Shown here one piece after another: positions 1-8,212 of a DNA stretch of 34,403 nt. The notes under the pieces are model-generated. The model was given only the letters and a program-made list of their open reading frames with translations. It did not search any database and was not told where the DNA came from. Positions within the stretch are counted from its first letter, which is position 1; each line of letters opens with the position of its first letter. Made by a program: the position numbers and the translations under genes. This DNA is from a virus. The stretch lies in UHGV virus genome UHGV-0101604, one strand, 5' to 3'.

Positions 1-49
1 CGAAGATCGCAGAAATCAAAGCTAAGTTCGGACTGAAAGGAGCAAGTGT

Positions 50-340
50 ATGACGGGCAAAGAGGCAATTATTCATTACCTGGGGACGCATAATAGCTTC
101 TGTGCGCCGGACGTTGCCGCGCTAACAGGCGCAACAGTAACCAGCATAAATCAGGCCGCGGCTAAAATGGCACGGGCAGGTCTTCTGGTTATCGAAGGTA
201 AGGTCTGGCGAACGGTGTATTACCGGTTTGCTACCAGGGAAGAACGGGAAGGAAAGATGAGCACGAACCTGGTTTTTAAGGAGTGTCGCCAGAGTGCCGC
301 GATGAAACGGGTATTGGCGGTATATGGAGTTAAAAGATGA
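50..340 (+). CDS. Hypothetical small protein of the nin/early-right region, possible helix-turn-helix DNA-binding protein
   Basis: ATG at 50 preceded by AAGGAG; 96-aa ORF; segment PDVAALTGATVTSINQAAAKMARAGLL resembles an HTH; followed by a strong intrinsic terminator. Function not recognised. Confidence 0.5.
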   Translation: MTGKEAIIHYLGTHNSFCAPDVAALTGATVTSINQAAAKMARAGLLVIEGKVWRTVYYRFATREEREGKMSTNLVFKECRQSAAMKRVLAVYGVKR

Positions 341-365
341 CCATCTACATTACTGAGCTAATAAC

Positions 366-397
366 AGGCCTGCTGGTAATCGCAGGCCTTTTTATTT
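366..397 (+). terminator. Rho-independent terminator (tR2-like position upstream of ninB)
   Basis: Perfect 8-bp stem AGGCCTGC/GCAGGCCT with 8-nt loop followed by TTTTTATTT; sits between the upstream gene and ninB as tR2 does in lambda. Confidence 0.7.
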
Positions 398-413
398 GGG
401 GGAGAGGGAAGCC

Positions 414-854
414 ATGAAAAAACTAACCTTTGAAATTCGATCTCCAGCACATCAGCAAAACGCTATTCACGCAGTACAGCAAATCCTTCCAGACCCAACC
501 AAACCAATCGTAGTAACCATTCAGGAACGCAACCGCAGCTTAGACCAAAACAGGAAACTATGGGCCTGCTTAGGTGACGTCTCTCGTCAGGTTGAATGGC
601 ATGGTCGCTGGCTGGATGCAGAAAGCTGGAAGTGTGTGTTTACCGCAGCATTAAAGCAGCAGGATGTTGTTCCTAACCTTGCCGGGAATGGCTTTGTGGT
701 AATAGGCCAGTCAACCAGCAGGATGCGTGTAGGCGAATTTGCGGAGCTATTAGAGCTTATACAGGCATTCGGTACAGAGCGTGGCGTTAAGTGGTCAGAC
801 GAAGCGAGACTGGCTCTGGAGTGGAAAGCGAGATGGGGAGATCGGGCTGCATGA
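414..854 (+). CDS. ninB: NinB-like recombination protein
   Basis: Translation MKKLTFEIRSPAHQQNAI...SLDQNRKLWACLGDVSRQVEWHGRWLDAESWKCVF matches my memory of lambda NinB; ATG at 414 with GGGGAGAGGGAAG upstream (track ORF begins at an upstream TTG at 396); about 146 aa. Confidence 0.85.
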   Translation: MKKLTFEIRSPAHQQNAIHAVQQILPDPTKPIVVTIQERNRSLDQNRKLWACLGDVSRQVEWHGRWLDAESWKCVFTAALKQQDVVPNLAGNGFVVIGQSTSRMRVGEFAELLELIQAFGTERGVKWSDEARLALEWKARWGDRAA

Positions 855-1378
855 CTATCAAATCAAATACGCCAGCACACGACAAGGACTGCTGGCAAAC
901 GCCGCTTTGGCTTTTTGATGCACTGGATATTGAGTTTGGATTCTGGCTGGATTCGGCAGCGAGCGACAAAAATGCTCTGTGTGCTCACTGGCTAACTGAG
1001 GCCGACGACGCGCTCAATTCTGAGTGGGTAAGCCACGGTGCAATCTGGAATAACCCACCGTACAGCAATATCAGGCCGTGGGTGGAAAAAGTCGCTGAGC
1101 AGTGCATACAACAGCGACAGACGGTAGTTATGCTTGTGCCAGAGGATATGTCAGTCGGATGGTTCAGCAAGGCTCTGGAGAGTGTCGACGAAGTTCGCAT
1201 TATCACTGATGGACGGATTAATTTTATCGAACCATCGACAGGGCTGGAGAAGAAGGGAAACAGCAAAGGCTCCATGCTGCTGATTTGGCGACCGTTCATC
1301 AGTCCTCGACGGATGTTTACTACCGTATCCAAAGCGGCATTGATGGCGATCGGGCAGGGCGTCAGGAGGGCGGCATGA
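851..1378 (+). CDS. Phage Dam-type DNA N6-adenine methyltransferase
   Basis: Contains the NPPY catalytic motif ([14 protein letters not shown]) and [17 protein letters not shown]-terminus typical of phage orphan adenine methylases; ATG at 851 overlaps the ninB stop (ATGA). Confidence 0.85.
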   Translation: MTIKSNTPAHDKDCWQTPLWLFDALDIEFGFWLDSAASDKNALCAHWLTEADDALNSEWVSHGAIWNNPPYSNIRPWVEKVAEQCIQQRQTVVMLVPEDMSVGWFSKALESVDEVRIITDGRINFIEPSTGLEKKGNSKGSMLLIWRPFISPRRMFTTVSKAALMAIGQGVRRAA

Positions 1379-1557
1379 GACGACAGCGACGAAGTATCAC
1401 CGACATCATCTGCGAAAACTGCAAATACCTTCCAACGAAACGCTCCAGAAATAAACGCAAGCCAATCCCAAAAGAATCTGACGTAAAAACCTTCAACTAC
1501 ACGGCTCACCTGTGGGATATCCGGTGGCTAAGACATCGTGCGAGGAATACAAGGTGA
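1375..1557 (+). CDS. ninE: NinE-like small protein
   Basis: 60-aa product [54 protein letters not shown] overlap with the methylase stop; position and size fit lambda ninE (identity from memory, unverified). Confidence 0.6.
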   Translation: MRRQRRSITDIICENCKYLPTKRSRNKRKPIPKESDVKTFNYTAHLWDIRWLRHRARNTR

Positions 1558-1724
1558 TTGACCCAAATCGAAGTTACGAACAAGAAAGCGTCGAGCGGGC
1601 TTTAACGTGCGCTAATTGCGGTCAGAAGCTGCATGTGCTGGAAGTTCACGTGTGTGAGTACTGCTGTGCAGAGCTGATGAGCGATTCGAATAGCTCGATG
1701 CACGAGGAAGAAGATGATGGCTAA
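1554..1724 (+). CDS. ninF: NinF-like small cysteine-rich protein
   Basis: Product (V)[58 protein letters not shown] at 1554 overlaps the ninE stop (GTGA) with GAGGAA upstream. An in-frame ATG at 1512 is an alternative start. Confidence 0.55.
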
Positions 1725-2328
1725 ACCAGCGCGAAGACGATGTAAAAACGATGAATGTCGGGAATGGTTTCACCCTGCATTCGCTAATCAGTGGTGGTGC
1801 TCTCCAGAGTGTGGAACCAAGATAGCACTCGAACGACGAAGTAAAGAACGCGAAAAAGCGGAAAAAGCAGCAGAGAAGAAACGACGACGAGAGGAGCAGA
1901 AACAGAAAGATAAACTTAAGATTAGAAAACTCGCCTTAAAGCCCCGCAGTTACTGGATTAAACAAGCCCAACAAGCCGTAAACGCCTTCATCAGAGAAAG
2001 AGACCGCGACTTACCATGTATCTCTTGCGGAACGCTCACGTCTGCTCAGTGGGATGCCGGACATTACCGGACAACTGCTGCGGCACCTCAACTCCGATTT
2101 GATGAACGCAATATTCACAAGCAATGCGTGGTGTGCAACCAGCACAAAAGCGGAAATCTCGTTCCGTATCGCGTCGAACTGATTAGCCGCATCGGGCAGG
2201 AAGCAGTAGACGAAATCGAATCAAACCATAACCGCCATCGCTGGACTGTTGAAGAGTGCAGGGCCATCAAGGCGGAGTATCAGCAGAAACTCAAAGACCT
2301 GCGAAACAGCAGAAGTGAGGCCGCATGA
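1714..2328 (+). CDS. ninG: NinG (Rap) recombination-associated protein
   Basis: 204-aa product with CxxC...CxxC zinc-ribbon-like motifs and a KR-rich linker ([34 protein letters not shown]...); matches NinG in size and position. Confidence 0.85.
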
Positions 2329-2371
2329 CGTTCTCAGTAAAAACCATTCCAGATCACAAGGGAGAAGGCGC

Positions 2372-2860
2372 ATGGGCATAAGAGAACTAAACCTCACCAA
2401 AGAACAGCACGAGTGGCTGAATGGCTGGCTTGAACTGTGGGGCGCATGGGTTTATTCAGGTCGTCTGGAAAAGCGCATGAGCAGCGTAATAGCTAAGTTC
2501 ATGGAGAGCGTAGAGCCGGGAAGAGTTATGACAAGGCCAATGTGTAATGATGATGATGGAATGTTGATTTCTCAGGTCGTCGATTCCGTCATGTACATTG
2601 ACAAGAAAGCCTTTGGCATCCTCCTCAGCTACTACGCCCACGGCTCTTCCAAGCACGCCATTGCATCTTACTATCATCGCGTCGCAAGACCTCGCAAGAT
2701 GTTATGCCGGGGCGGCGGGCGCATTCAAAAACCATCGCTCGCAACCTGTCGACGGGAAGTTGACGAAATCATCAATGCCTCGTTGTTTATGATTTACCCG
2801 GTTCTGGATAGTGCGTTTAAAAACCGGAAACGTGTAGAGAAAATTAAACATATAGCATAG
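2372..2860 (+). CDS. Q: Late-gene antiterminator Q family protein
   Basis: ATG at 2372 after GGAGAAGG; product MGIRELNLTKEQHEWLNGWLELWGAWVYSG...; last gene before the late promoter/tRNA/lysis region. The track ORF starting at 2249 is read as an upstream extension. Confidence 0.8.
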   Translation: MGIRELNLTKEQHEWLNGWLELWGAWVYSGRLEKRMSSVIAKFMESVEPGRVMTRPMCNDDDGMLISQVVDSVMYIDKKAFGILLSYYAHGSSKHAIASYYHRVARPRKMLCRGGGRIQKPSLATCRREVDEIINASLFMIYPVLDSAFKNRKRVEKIKHIA

Positions 2861-2866
2861 AACGTG

Positions 2867-2950
2867 TTGACATCATTGAGCAAATGAGCAACACTATTCG
2901 CATAAGCTGCCGTTAGTGACTCTTAAGTTGCAACGGTGGCTTTTTTTATT
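2867..2950 (+). promoter_or_regulatory. Probable late promoter and qut/tR'-like region downstream of Q
   Basis: TTGACA at 2867-2872 directly after the Q stop; a hairpin plus T7 run ends at about 2947. The -10 element is not convincingly identified. Confidence 0.3.
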
Positions 2951-2951
2951 T

Positions 2952-3026
2952 GGGTCAGTCGTATAAAGGTCATTACGGAAGGCTGTTAACCTTCTTATCG
3001 TGGTTCGAGTCCACGCTGTCCCGCCA
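2952..3026 (+). tRNA. tRNA-like gene, anticodon GTT (Asn) by manual folding
   Basis: 75 nt; perfect anticodon stem GAAGG/CCTTC with loop CTGTTAA; perfect T-arm CGTGG-TTCGAGT-CCACG; 3' CCA; acceptor stem has one T-T mismatch and the D-arm is weak. Confidence 0.45.
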
Positions 3027-3031
3027 AATAT

Positions 3032-3106
3032 GCTGGTTTAGCTCCAATGGTAGAGCGGTCGCCTTGTAAGCGAATGGGTAGCGGTTCAAGTCCGTTAACC
3101 AGCACC
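3032..3106 (+). tRNA. tRNA, anticodon TGT (Thr) by manual folding
   Basis: 75 nt; perfect 7-bp acceptor stem GCTGGTT/AACCAGC; canonical D-arm GCTC-CAATGGTA-GAGC; anticodon loop CTTGTAA; T-arm AGCGG-TTCAAGT-CCGTT; encoded CCA. Confidence 0.65.
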
Positions 3107-3225
3107 ATAACTGAGCCGTAGCCACTGGATGTCCTGAATTCATCAGTGATAGTTATGCTGCGGTCTTCTTTTTCTCCCTTCCCAATATAAGAACTACGCA
3201 ATCCGTTACTGGCGGAGGCGTTGCT

Positions 3226-3441
3226 ATGAAATCAATGGACAAAATCTCAACTGGCATTGCCTACGGAACATCCGCTGGTAGTGCGGGATACTGGTTTTTG
3301 CAGTGGTTGGATCAGGTCAGTCCATCACAGTGGGCTGCGATTGGGGTGCTTGGAAGCCTTGTGTTGGGCTTTCTCACCTATCTGACAAATCTGTACTTCA
3401 AAATCAGAGAAGACAGAAGAAAGGCTGCGAGAGGTGAATAA
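3226..3441 (+). CDS. S: Class II holin (phage-21 S-type pinholin) with dual-start motif
   Basis: 71-aa product [71 protein letters not shown] with two TM segments and Met1/Met4 starts, as in phage 21 S. Confidence 0.9.
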   Translation: MKSMDKISTGIAYGTSAGSAGYWFLQWLDQVSPSQWAAIGVLGSLVLGFLTYLTNLYFKIREDRRKAARGE

Positions 3442-3938
3442 TGCCTCCATCATTACGAAAAGCCGTTGCTGCGGCTATTGGTGGCGGGGCTATTGCTATA
3501 GCATCTGTGTTAATCACTGGCCCAAGTGGTAACGATGGTCTGGAAGGCGTCAGCTACATACCATATAAAGATATCGTTGGTGTATGGACTGTATGTTACG
3601 GGCATACCGGAAAAGACATTATGCTCGGTAAAACGTATACCGAAGCAGAATGCAAAGCCCTCCTGAATAAAGACCTTGCCACTGTCGCCAGACAAATTAA
3701 CCCGTACATCAAAGTCGATATACCGGAAACAACGCGCGGCGCTCTTTACTCGTTCGTTTACAACGTTGGTGCTGGAAATTTCAGAACATCGACGCTTCTT
3801 CGCAAAATAAACCAGGGCGATATCAAAGGCGCATGTGATCAGCTACGGCGCTGGACATACGCTGGCGGTAAGCAATGGAAAGGTCTCATGACTCGTCGTG
3901 AGATTGAGCGTGAAGTCTGTTTATGGGGGAAGCAATGA
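3441..3938 (+). CDS. R: SAR (signal-anchor-release) endolysin, T4-lysozyme-like muramidase
   Basis: N-terminal G/A-rich weakly hydrophobic SAR segment ([20 protein letters not shown]) followed by a lysozyme core ([23 protein letters not shown]); ATGA overlap with the holin stop. Confidence 0.9.
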   Translation: MPPSLRKAVAAAIGGGAIAIASVLITGPSGNDGLEGVSYIPYKDIVGVWTVCYGHTGKDIMLGKTYTEAECKALLNKDLATVARQINPYIKVDIPETTRGALYSFVYNVGAGNFRTSTLLRKINQGDIKGACDQLRRWTYAGGKQWKGLMTRREIEREVCLWGKQ

Positions 3939-4327
3939 AGATCCACTACAAGATAATTATCTTCGCGTTCGCATTGAGCGTACTGGGCGTCATCGTTTGG
4001 TCAGCAAGCCATTATCACGATAAGTATCAGGCGGAACGGCTACGCGCAGATGCTGCCGAGCAGAACGCCAACGCCGCCGAAGCGATCACCGCCAACGTCA
4101 TTCGGTCTGTGAACATCATCAACGCCATTGCAGAGGCCAACCAGGATGCAAAGAACCAGATCACACTGGAGTCACAGGGAGCCCAAGCAGATATCAAAGT
4201 GGCTATTGAGAATGATGACTGCGCTCATCGGCCTGTGCCTCCTGCAACTGCTCACCGGCTGCGGCAATTCGCGGACAGTTTACGTACCGGTATCGGTAGT
4301 GCCTCTACCGGCAAACCTGACAGCTGA
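3935..4327 (+). CDS. Rz: Rz-like inner-membrane spanin
   Basis: N-terminal TM helix ([19 protein letters not shown]) then a coiled-coil-like periplasmic domain; ATG at 3935 overlaps the endolysin stop with GGGGGAAG upstream (alternative ATG at 3923). Confidence 0.8.
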   Translation: MKIHYKIIIFAFALSVLGVIVWSASHYHDKYQAERLRADAAEQNANAAEAITANVIRSVNIINAIAEANQDAKNQITLESQGAQADIKVAIENDDCAHRPVPPATAHRLRQFADSLRTGIGSASTGKPDS

Positions 4328-4469
4328 GACGCAACAGCCAGCCATTCCCGAACCGCTGACCTATGGGGCCAGTCTGGAGCTGAATGTTAGCCTGCTATCG
4401 GCGCTGGGTCAGTGCAACATCGATAAGGCTAGTATCAGGAAGATTGAAGAGTCTCGGACCTCTCTGTAG
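4212..4469 (+). CDS. Rz1: Rz1-like outer-membrane lipoprotein spanin, overlapping Rz in another frame
   Basis: [17 protein letters not shown] has a lipobox (LTGC) followed by a proline-rich segment; starts inside Rz in the +1 frame and extends beyond the Rz stop. Confidence 0.75.
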   Translation: MMTALIGLCLLQLLTGCGNSRTVYVPVSVVPLPANLTAETQQPAIPEPLTYGASLELNVSLLSALGQCNIDKASIRKIEESRTSL

Positions 4470-4589
4470 AAGACTATTTTGCTGCCATGAAGAAGCTTTA
4501 TATCTTTGGTCAATACATCGAACAGATCAGATAATTCTTATGTGATTGATGCTATATTTATCCCCTATTTAAACATGGGAGTTACGGAT

Positions 4590-5390
4590 ATGTCTGTCAG
4601 TCAAGATATTTATAAGTCTACACTTAGAGTTGAAAGTGATACTCCAGAGGGAACCTCGGTAGGAACTGCTTTCTGGTTTTGCTTTGTTATGGAAGGTGGT
4701 GAAGATATTGTTCCACTCTTGGTAACTAATAAGCATGTTGTTAACGGGGCAACAGAAGTTAGGCTACGTCTAAACATTACCGACAGCGCAAATCCTGAGA
4801 TAAAATTTTATAACCTAACAATTTCAGAGGGGGCAAATGCGTTCATTATGCACCCTGATGATAATGTTGATATATGCATATTGCCTATCGCTGGATTGCT
4901 GAATGAGATGGAGAAAAGTGGCATTAGCCCAGAACTCTTCTTTTTCACAGATCGTCAGATGCGTGGTAACAATTACATTACTCCTGTCGAAGATGTTTAC
5001 ATGACAGGATATCCAAATGGATTATGGGATTCTGTAAACAATAGGCCTGTTACCAGGAAAGGCATCACAGCATCATCACCTATGGAAAACTGGAAGGGTA
5101 AGCCTGAATTCCTCATTGATATGGCTTGTTTCGGTGGTTCTAGCGGTTCTCCCGTTTATATAATGAACCAAGGCTCATATGCTACTAATGATGGTATTGC
5201 TATGGGGGAGAGATTAATTTTCCTTGGGTTGTTGTATGCAGGGCCAGTAACGAATGTTAGCGGGAATATTGAAATTATTGACGTACCAACAGTCGCTACA
5301 CCAGTTGTGCGTTCTGAAATTACAATGAATCTCGGATTTGTTATTAAAGCAGAGAAGCTAAATGACTTTAAGCCTCTCTTGGGGATTTAA
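4590..5390 (+). CDS. Stand-alone trypsin/chymotrypsin-fold serine protease (moron gene)
   Basis: His-Asp-Ser triad in canonical order and spacing: TNKHVV (codon 4734-4736), DICIL (Asp about 4869), GGSSGSPV (Ser about 5142). No signal peptide seen. ATG at 4590 after GGGAG (track ORF extends to 4506). Markedly AT-rich relative to flanking phage genes. Confidence 0.75.
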   Translation: MSVSQDIYKSTLRVESDTPEGTSVGTAFWFCFVMEGGEDIVPLLVTNKHVVNGATEVRLRLNITDSANPEIKFYNLTISEGANAFIMHPDDNVDICILPIAGLLNEMEKSGISPELFFFTDRQMRGNNYITPVEDVYMTGYPNGLWDSVNNRPVTRKGITASSPMENWKGKPEFLIDMACFGGSSGSPVYIMNQGSYATNDGIAMGERLIFLGLLYAGPVTNVSGNIEIIDVPTVATPVVRSEITMNLGFVIKAEKLNDFKPLLGI

Positions 5391-5394
5391 CACA

Positions 5395-5420
5395 AGCCGC
5401 CTCCGGACGGTTTTTTTATT
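5395..5420 (+). terminator. Probable intrinsic terminator after the protease gene
   Basis: Short GC hairpin (CCG...CGG around TCCGGA) followed by TTTTTTTATT immediately after the protease stop; the stem is weak, the T-tract strong. Confidence 0.4.
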
Positions 5421-5435
5421 GCTATTACAAAAGCC

Positions 5436-5467
5436 ACTCCATGCCGAGTGGCTTTGATAATGGCTTA
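5436..5467. terminator. Strong hairpin, likely bidirectional terminator
   Basis: Perfect 10-bp stem AAAGCCACTC/GAGTGGCTTT with loop CATGCC; A-tract on one side and T-tract on the other, so it can terminate on either strand. It lies downstream of the minus-strand ORF 5739-6011. Confidence 0.5.
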
Positions 5468-5523
5468 TACCCTACACGGGATAACTTAACTGATATCCCA
5501 ACAAGCGGATAAAGAGGTTCTCA

Positions 5524-5649
5524 ATGTCCGACATCTACCAAATCATGTTAACCACCCAAACAGGCGAAACCTTTACGGGTAAGATGTCACGACGTCAGCG
5601 TGAGCTGGTTAATGGCTTTATGCAGCCGGCTACCGAGATGGGCGAGTAG
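5524..5649 (+). CDS. Small ORF (41 aa) with strong RBS; hypothetical
   Basis: ATG at 5524 preceded by AAAGAGG at good spacing; product MSDIYQIMLTTQTGETFTGKMSRRQRELVNGFMQPATEMGE. Below the ORF-track size cutoff; no homology recognised. Confidence 0.3.
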   Translation: MSDIYQIMLTTQTGETFTGKMSRRQRELVNGFMQPATEMGE

Positions 5650-5738
5650 AATAACTCCATTAGGAGAATGTGGAACCATTACACTTTGAGCCGTTAACTG
5701 ATATTGATAAAGGTAAATAATATCGTGGTTAAGGCTTT

Positions 5739-6011
5739 CTAATAGCCAGCCATTTGCAAAATCACAGTTGCAGCAGCAGCGAAAGCTGCATATGAGTTAT
5801 ATTTAGACTGTAACCGCGCAGTTAAGAAAAATTCGTGAAGATCTACATTTTTTTGGGGATCATCAAATGTAATTGCTACAACGGTGCTTCTACCTGTTTT
5901 GACTTTGGCTGTTGCTGATTTGATCCATAACCCAGCCGATAAAAAACCAAAGAAAATTGATAGTGTATGATGGTCAATTAACCAGTTTTTAATTAGTAAT
6001 AAATCACTCAT
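5739..6011 (-). CDS. Hypothetical small membrane protein (minus strand) within the AT-rich moron region
   Basis: Minus-strand ORF; likely start at the Met of MSDLLLIKNWL (6011). Hydrophobic segments LSIFFGFLSAGLWI and AAFAAAATVILQMAGY. AT-rich; convergent with the protease gene. Weak RBS, so coding status is uncertain. Confidence 0.35.
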   Translation of the reverse strand: MSDLLLIKNWLIDHHTLSIFFGFLSAGLWIKSATAKVKTGRSTVVAITFDDPQKNVDLHEFFLTARLQSKYNSYAAFAAAATVILQMAGY

Positions 6012-6035
6012 TTTCAATCCAATTGAGACTTTGCC

Positions 6036-6587
6036 ATGGCACTCACCGACAAACAAGAAATGTTCTGTCGCGAGTACCTCATCGATTTAAACGCCACACA
6101 AGCGGCTATTCGGGCGGGGTACAGCGCAAAGACAGCCAACCGTACTGCGTCCGAAAACATGTCAAAACCTGACATCAAGTTAAGAATCGCTGAACTGAAA
6201 GCGCAACGCAATGATCTTGTTGGTATTAATGCAGAATATGTACTTAATCGCCTTCTTGAAATCGACCAGATGGATGTGCTTGACATTCTCCTGCAAAACG
6301 GTGAGCTAAAACCCATTAAAGACTGGCCTAAGGTATGGCGCACAACGCTATCAGGAATGGATGTCGTGGAGATGGTATCCGCAGATAGCGCCGCACTTCT
6401 GAAGAAAATCAAATGGCCTGATAAGGTTAAAAACCTTGAGTTGCTTGGGCGTCATGTTTCTGTTCAGGCGTTTAAAGACAACGTCAAAAATGAAGTGACT
6501 GGCGCTGATGGAGGACCAGTCAGAACAGAAATTACCAACTTAACGCCGGAGCAGGCTGCAGAGGCGTATAGAAAAATGATGGGCTAA
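6036..6587 (+). CDS. Terminase small subunit
   Basis: 183-aa protein [34 protein letters not shown]... (HTH-type small terminase N-terminus), directly upstream of the large terminase. Confidence 0.8.
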   Translation: MALTDKQEMFCREYLIDLNATQAAIRAGYSAKTANRTASENMSKPDIKLRIAELKAQRNDLVGINAEYVLNRLLEIDQMDVLDILLQNGELKPIKDWPKVWRTTLSGMDVVEMVSADSAALLKKIKWPDKVKNLELLGRHVSVQAFKDNVKNEVTGADGGPVRTEITNLTPEQAAEAYRKMMG

Positions 6588-6589
6588 GT

Positions 6590-8212
6590 ATGCCGTTACC
6601 ATTCCCCTTCGATTTTAAACATCCTGATTACCAGATGGTTTTTGAATGGCGGATGGAACGCCTACAGCGCATTCGCCAGAATCCTGAAATATTGCCCGTG
6701 TTGAAGCAGTTTTACCGAACCAATCCGGCTCAGTTCATCATCGACTGGGGCATGACAACGGACCCGCGTAATATTGATTATGGCCTGCCGGTGACCATTC
6801 CGTTTTTACTCTTCCCTAAGCAGGAGGAGTGGATCCACTGGATTATGGAACGCTGGAGCAATCGGGAGAATGGTATTACCGAAAAATCCCGTGAAATGGG
6901 GCTCAGTTGGACCGCGATCGGACTGGCCTGCTCGCTTTGTCTCTTCAACAAAGAAATGGTTATCGGTTTCGGCTCCCGTAAAGAGGAATACGTCGACAGC
7001 ACTGGTGACCCGAAAGCATTGTTCTGGAAGGCGCGCAAGTTCGTGGAAACGCTACCTGTAGAGTTTCGCGGTTCGTGGAGCGAGAAGAAGCACGCGCCAT
7101 ATATGCGTGTTGAGTTTCCTGAAACTGGTGCCGTTATCAAAGGCGAGGCTGGCGATAATATTGGTCGCGGTGACCGTACCACGCTTTATCTGGTTGATGA
7201 GGCTGCATTCCTTCAGCGTCCTCTGCTGATTGATGCGGCGTTGTCACAAACGACGCGTTGCCGTATTGACCTGAGTTCAGTTAACGGCATGGCGAACCCG
7301 TTCGCACAGAAGCGTCATGGCGGGAAGATACCGGTATTCACATTCCACTGGCGGGATGATCCTCGCAAGGATGAAGAGTGGTATCGCAGGGAATGCGAGA
7401 AAATCGATAATCCGGTGGTGGTGGCACAGGAACTTGATCTGAACTACAGCGCATCAGCGGAAGGCGTCCTGATTCCATCCGAATGGGTACAGGCTGCCGT
7501 TGATGCGCATATCAAACTGGGTATCCAGCCAACAGGCAAACGACTTGGCGCGATGGATGTCGCCGACGAAGGCAGGGACAAAAATGCCTTTTCCACCCGT
7601 CATGGCTTCCTCCTGGAGAATGTGCGGGAATGGTCCGGTGTGGGCAGCGACATTTATCAGTCCGTCGAGAAGGTCTTCGGCTTTTGCGAACAGGACGATC
7701 TTGAAGAGTTTCGCTTTGACGAGGACGGGCTGGGCGCTGGCGTTCGCGGCGATGCACGCGCTATCAACGAACTGCGTAACGCTGCGCGTCGACCGTCAAT
7801 ACTCGCCACACCGTTTCGAGGTAGTGGCGCGGTATTTGATCCGGATGATGAAGCTGTTCGCGGGGACAACGGGCAAGCCGCACGTCTGAACAAGGACTTC
7901 TTCGCTAACGCCAAAGCCCAGAGCTGGTGGCGGTTACGTAAACTTTTCCAGAACACCTACCGTGCCGTGGTTGAGGGCATGGCCTACAACCCGGACGAAA
8001 TCATCTCAATCAGCAGCGCCATGGCGAGCAAAGACAAACTCATCATCGAGCTGTCGCAGCCGACCTACTCCATTAACGGCGTGGGGAAAATCGTTGTTGA
8101 TAAACAGCCTGACGGCACCAAGTCGCCGAACCTTGCCGACTCGGTGATGATCAGCTACGCGCCAATGAATTCAGCCCTGAACATCTGGGAGCTGCTAGGG
8201 AGACAGGCCTGA
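6590..8212 (+). CDS. Terminase large subunit
   Basis: 540 aa; ATPase region with Walker-B-like LYLVDEAAF and a C-terminal nuclease-like region; sits between small terminase and portal. Confidence 0.9.
   Translation: MPLPFPFDFKHPDYQMVFEWRMERLQRIRQNPEILPVLKQFYRTNPAQFIIDWGMTTDPRNIDYGLPVTIPFLLFPKQEEWIHWIMERWSNRENGITEKSREMGLSWTAIGLACSLCLFNKEMVIGFGSRKEEYVDSTGDPKALFWKARKFVETLPVEFRGSWSEKKHAPYMRVEFPETGAVIKGEAGDNIGRGDRTTLYLVDEAAFLQRPLLIDAALSQTTRCRIDLSSVNGMANPFAQKRHGGKIPVFTFHWRDDPRKDEEWYRRECEKIDNPVVVAQELDLNYSASAEGVLIPSEWVQAAVDAHIKLGIQPTGKRLGAMDVADEGRDKNAFSTRHGFLLENVREWSGVGSDIYQSVEKVFGFCEQDDLEEFRFDEDGLGAGVRGDARAINELRNAARRPSILATPFRGSGAVFDPDDEAVRGDNGQAARLNKDFFANAKAQSWWRLRKLFQNTYRAVVEGMAYNPDEIISISSAMASKDKLIIELSQPTYSINGVGKIVVDKQPDGTKSPNLADSVMISYAPMNSALNIWELLGRQA

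Noticed and set aside
2995-3201. 68-aa minus-strand ORF downstream of Q
   Set aside because: Spans the two tRNA-like genes; the region is better explained as tRNA plus late-promoter sequence.
4128-4211. N-terminal extension of the Rz1 frame (track ORF starts at 4128)
   Set aside because: The extension has no signal-peptide character; the lipoprotein signal with lipobox begins at the ATG at 4212, which is the plausible start.
6014-6412. 132-aa minus-strand ORF overlapping the small terminase gene
   Set aside because: Antisense to the terminase small subunit; Ser/Arg-rich; no independent support.
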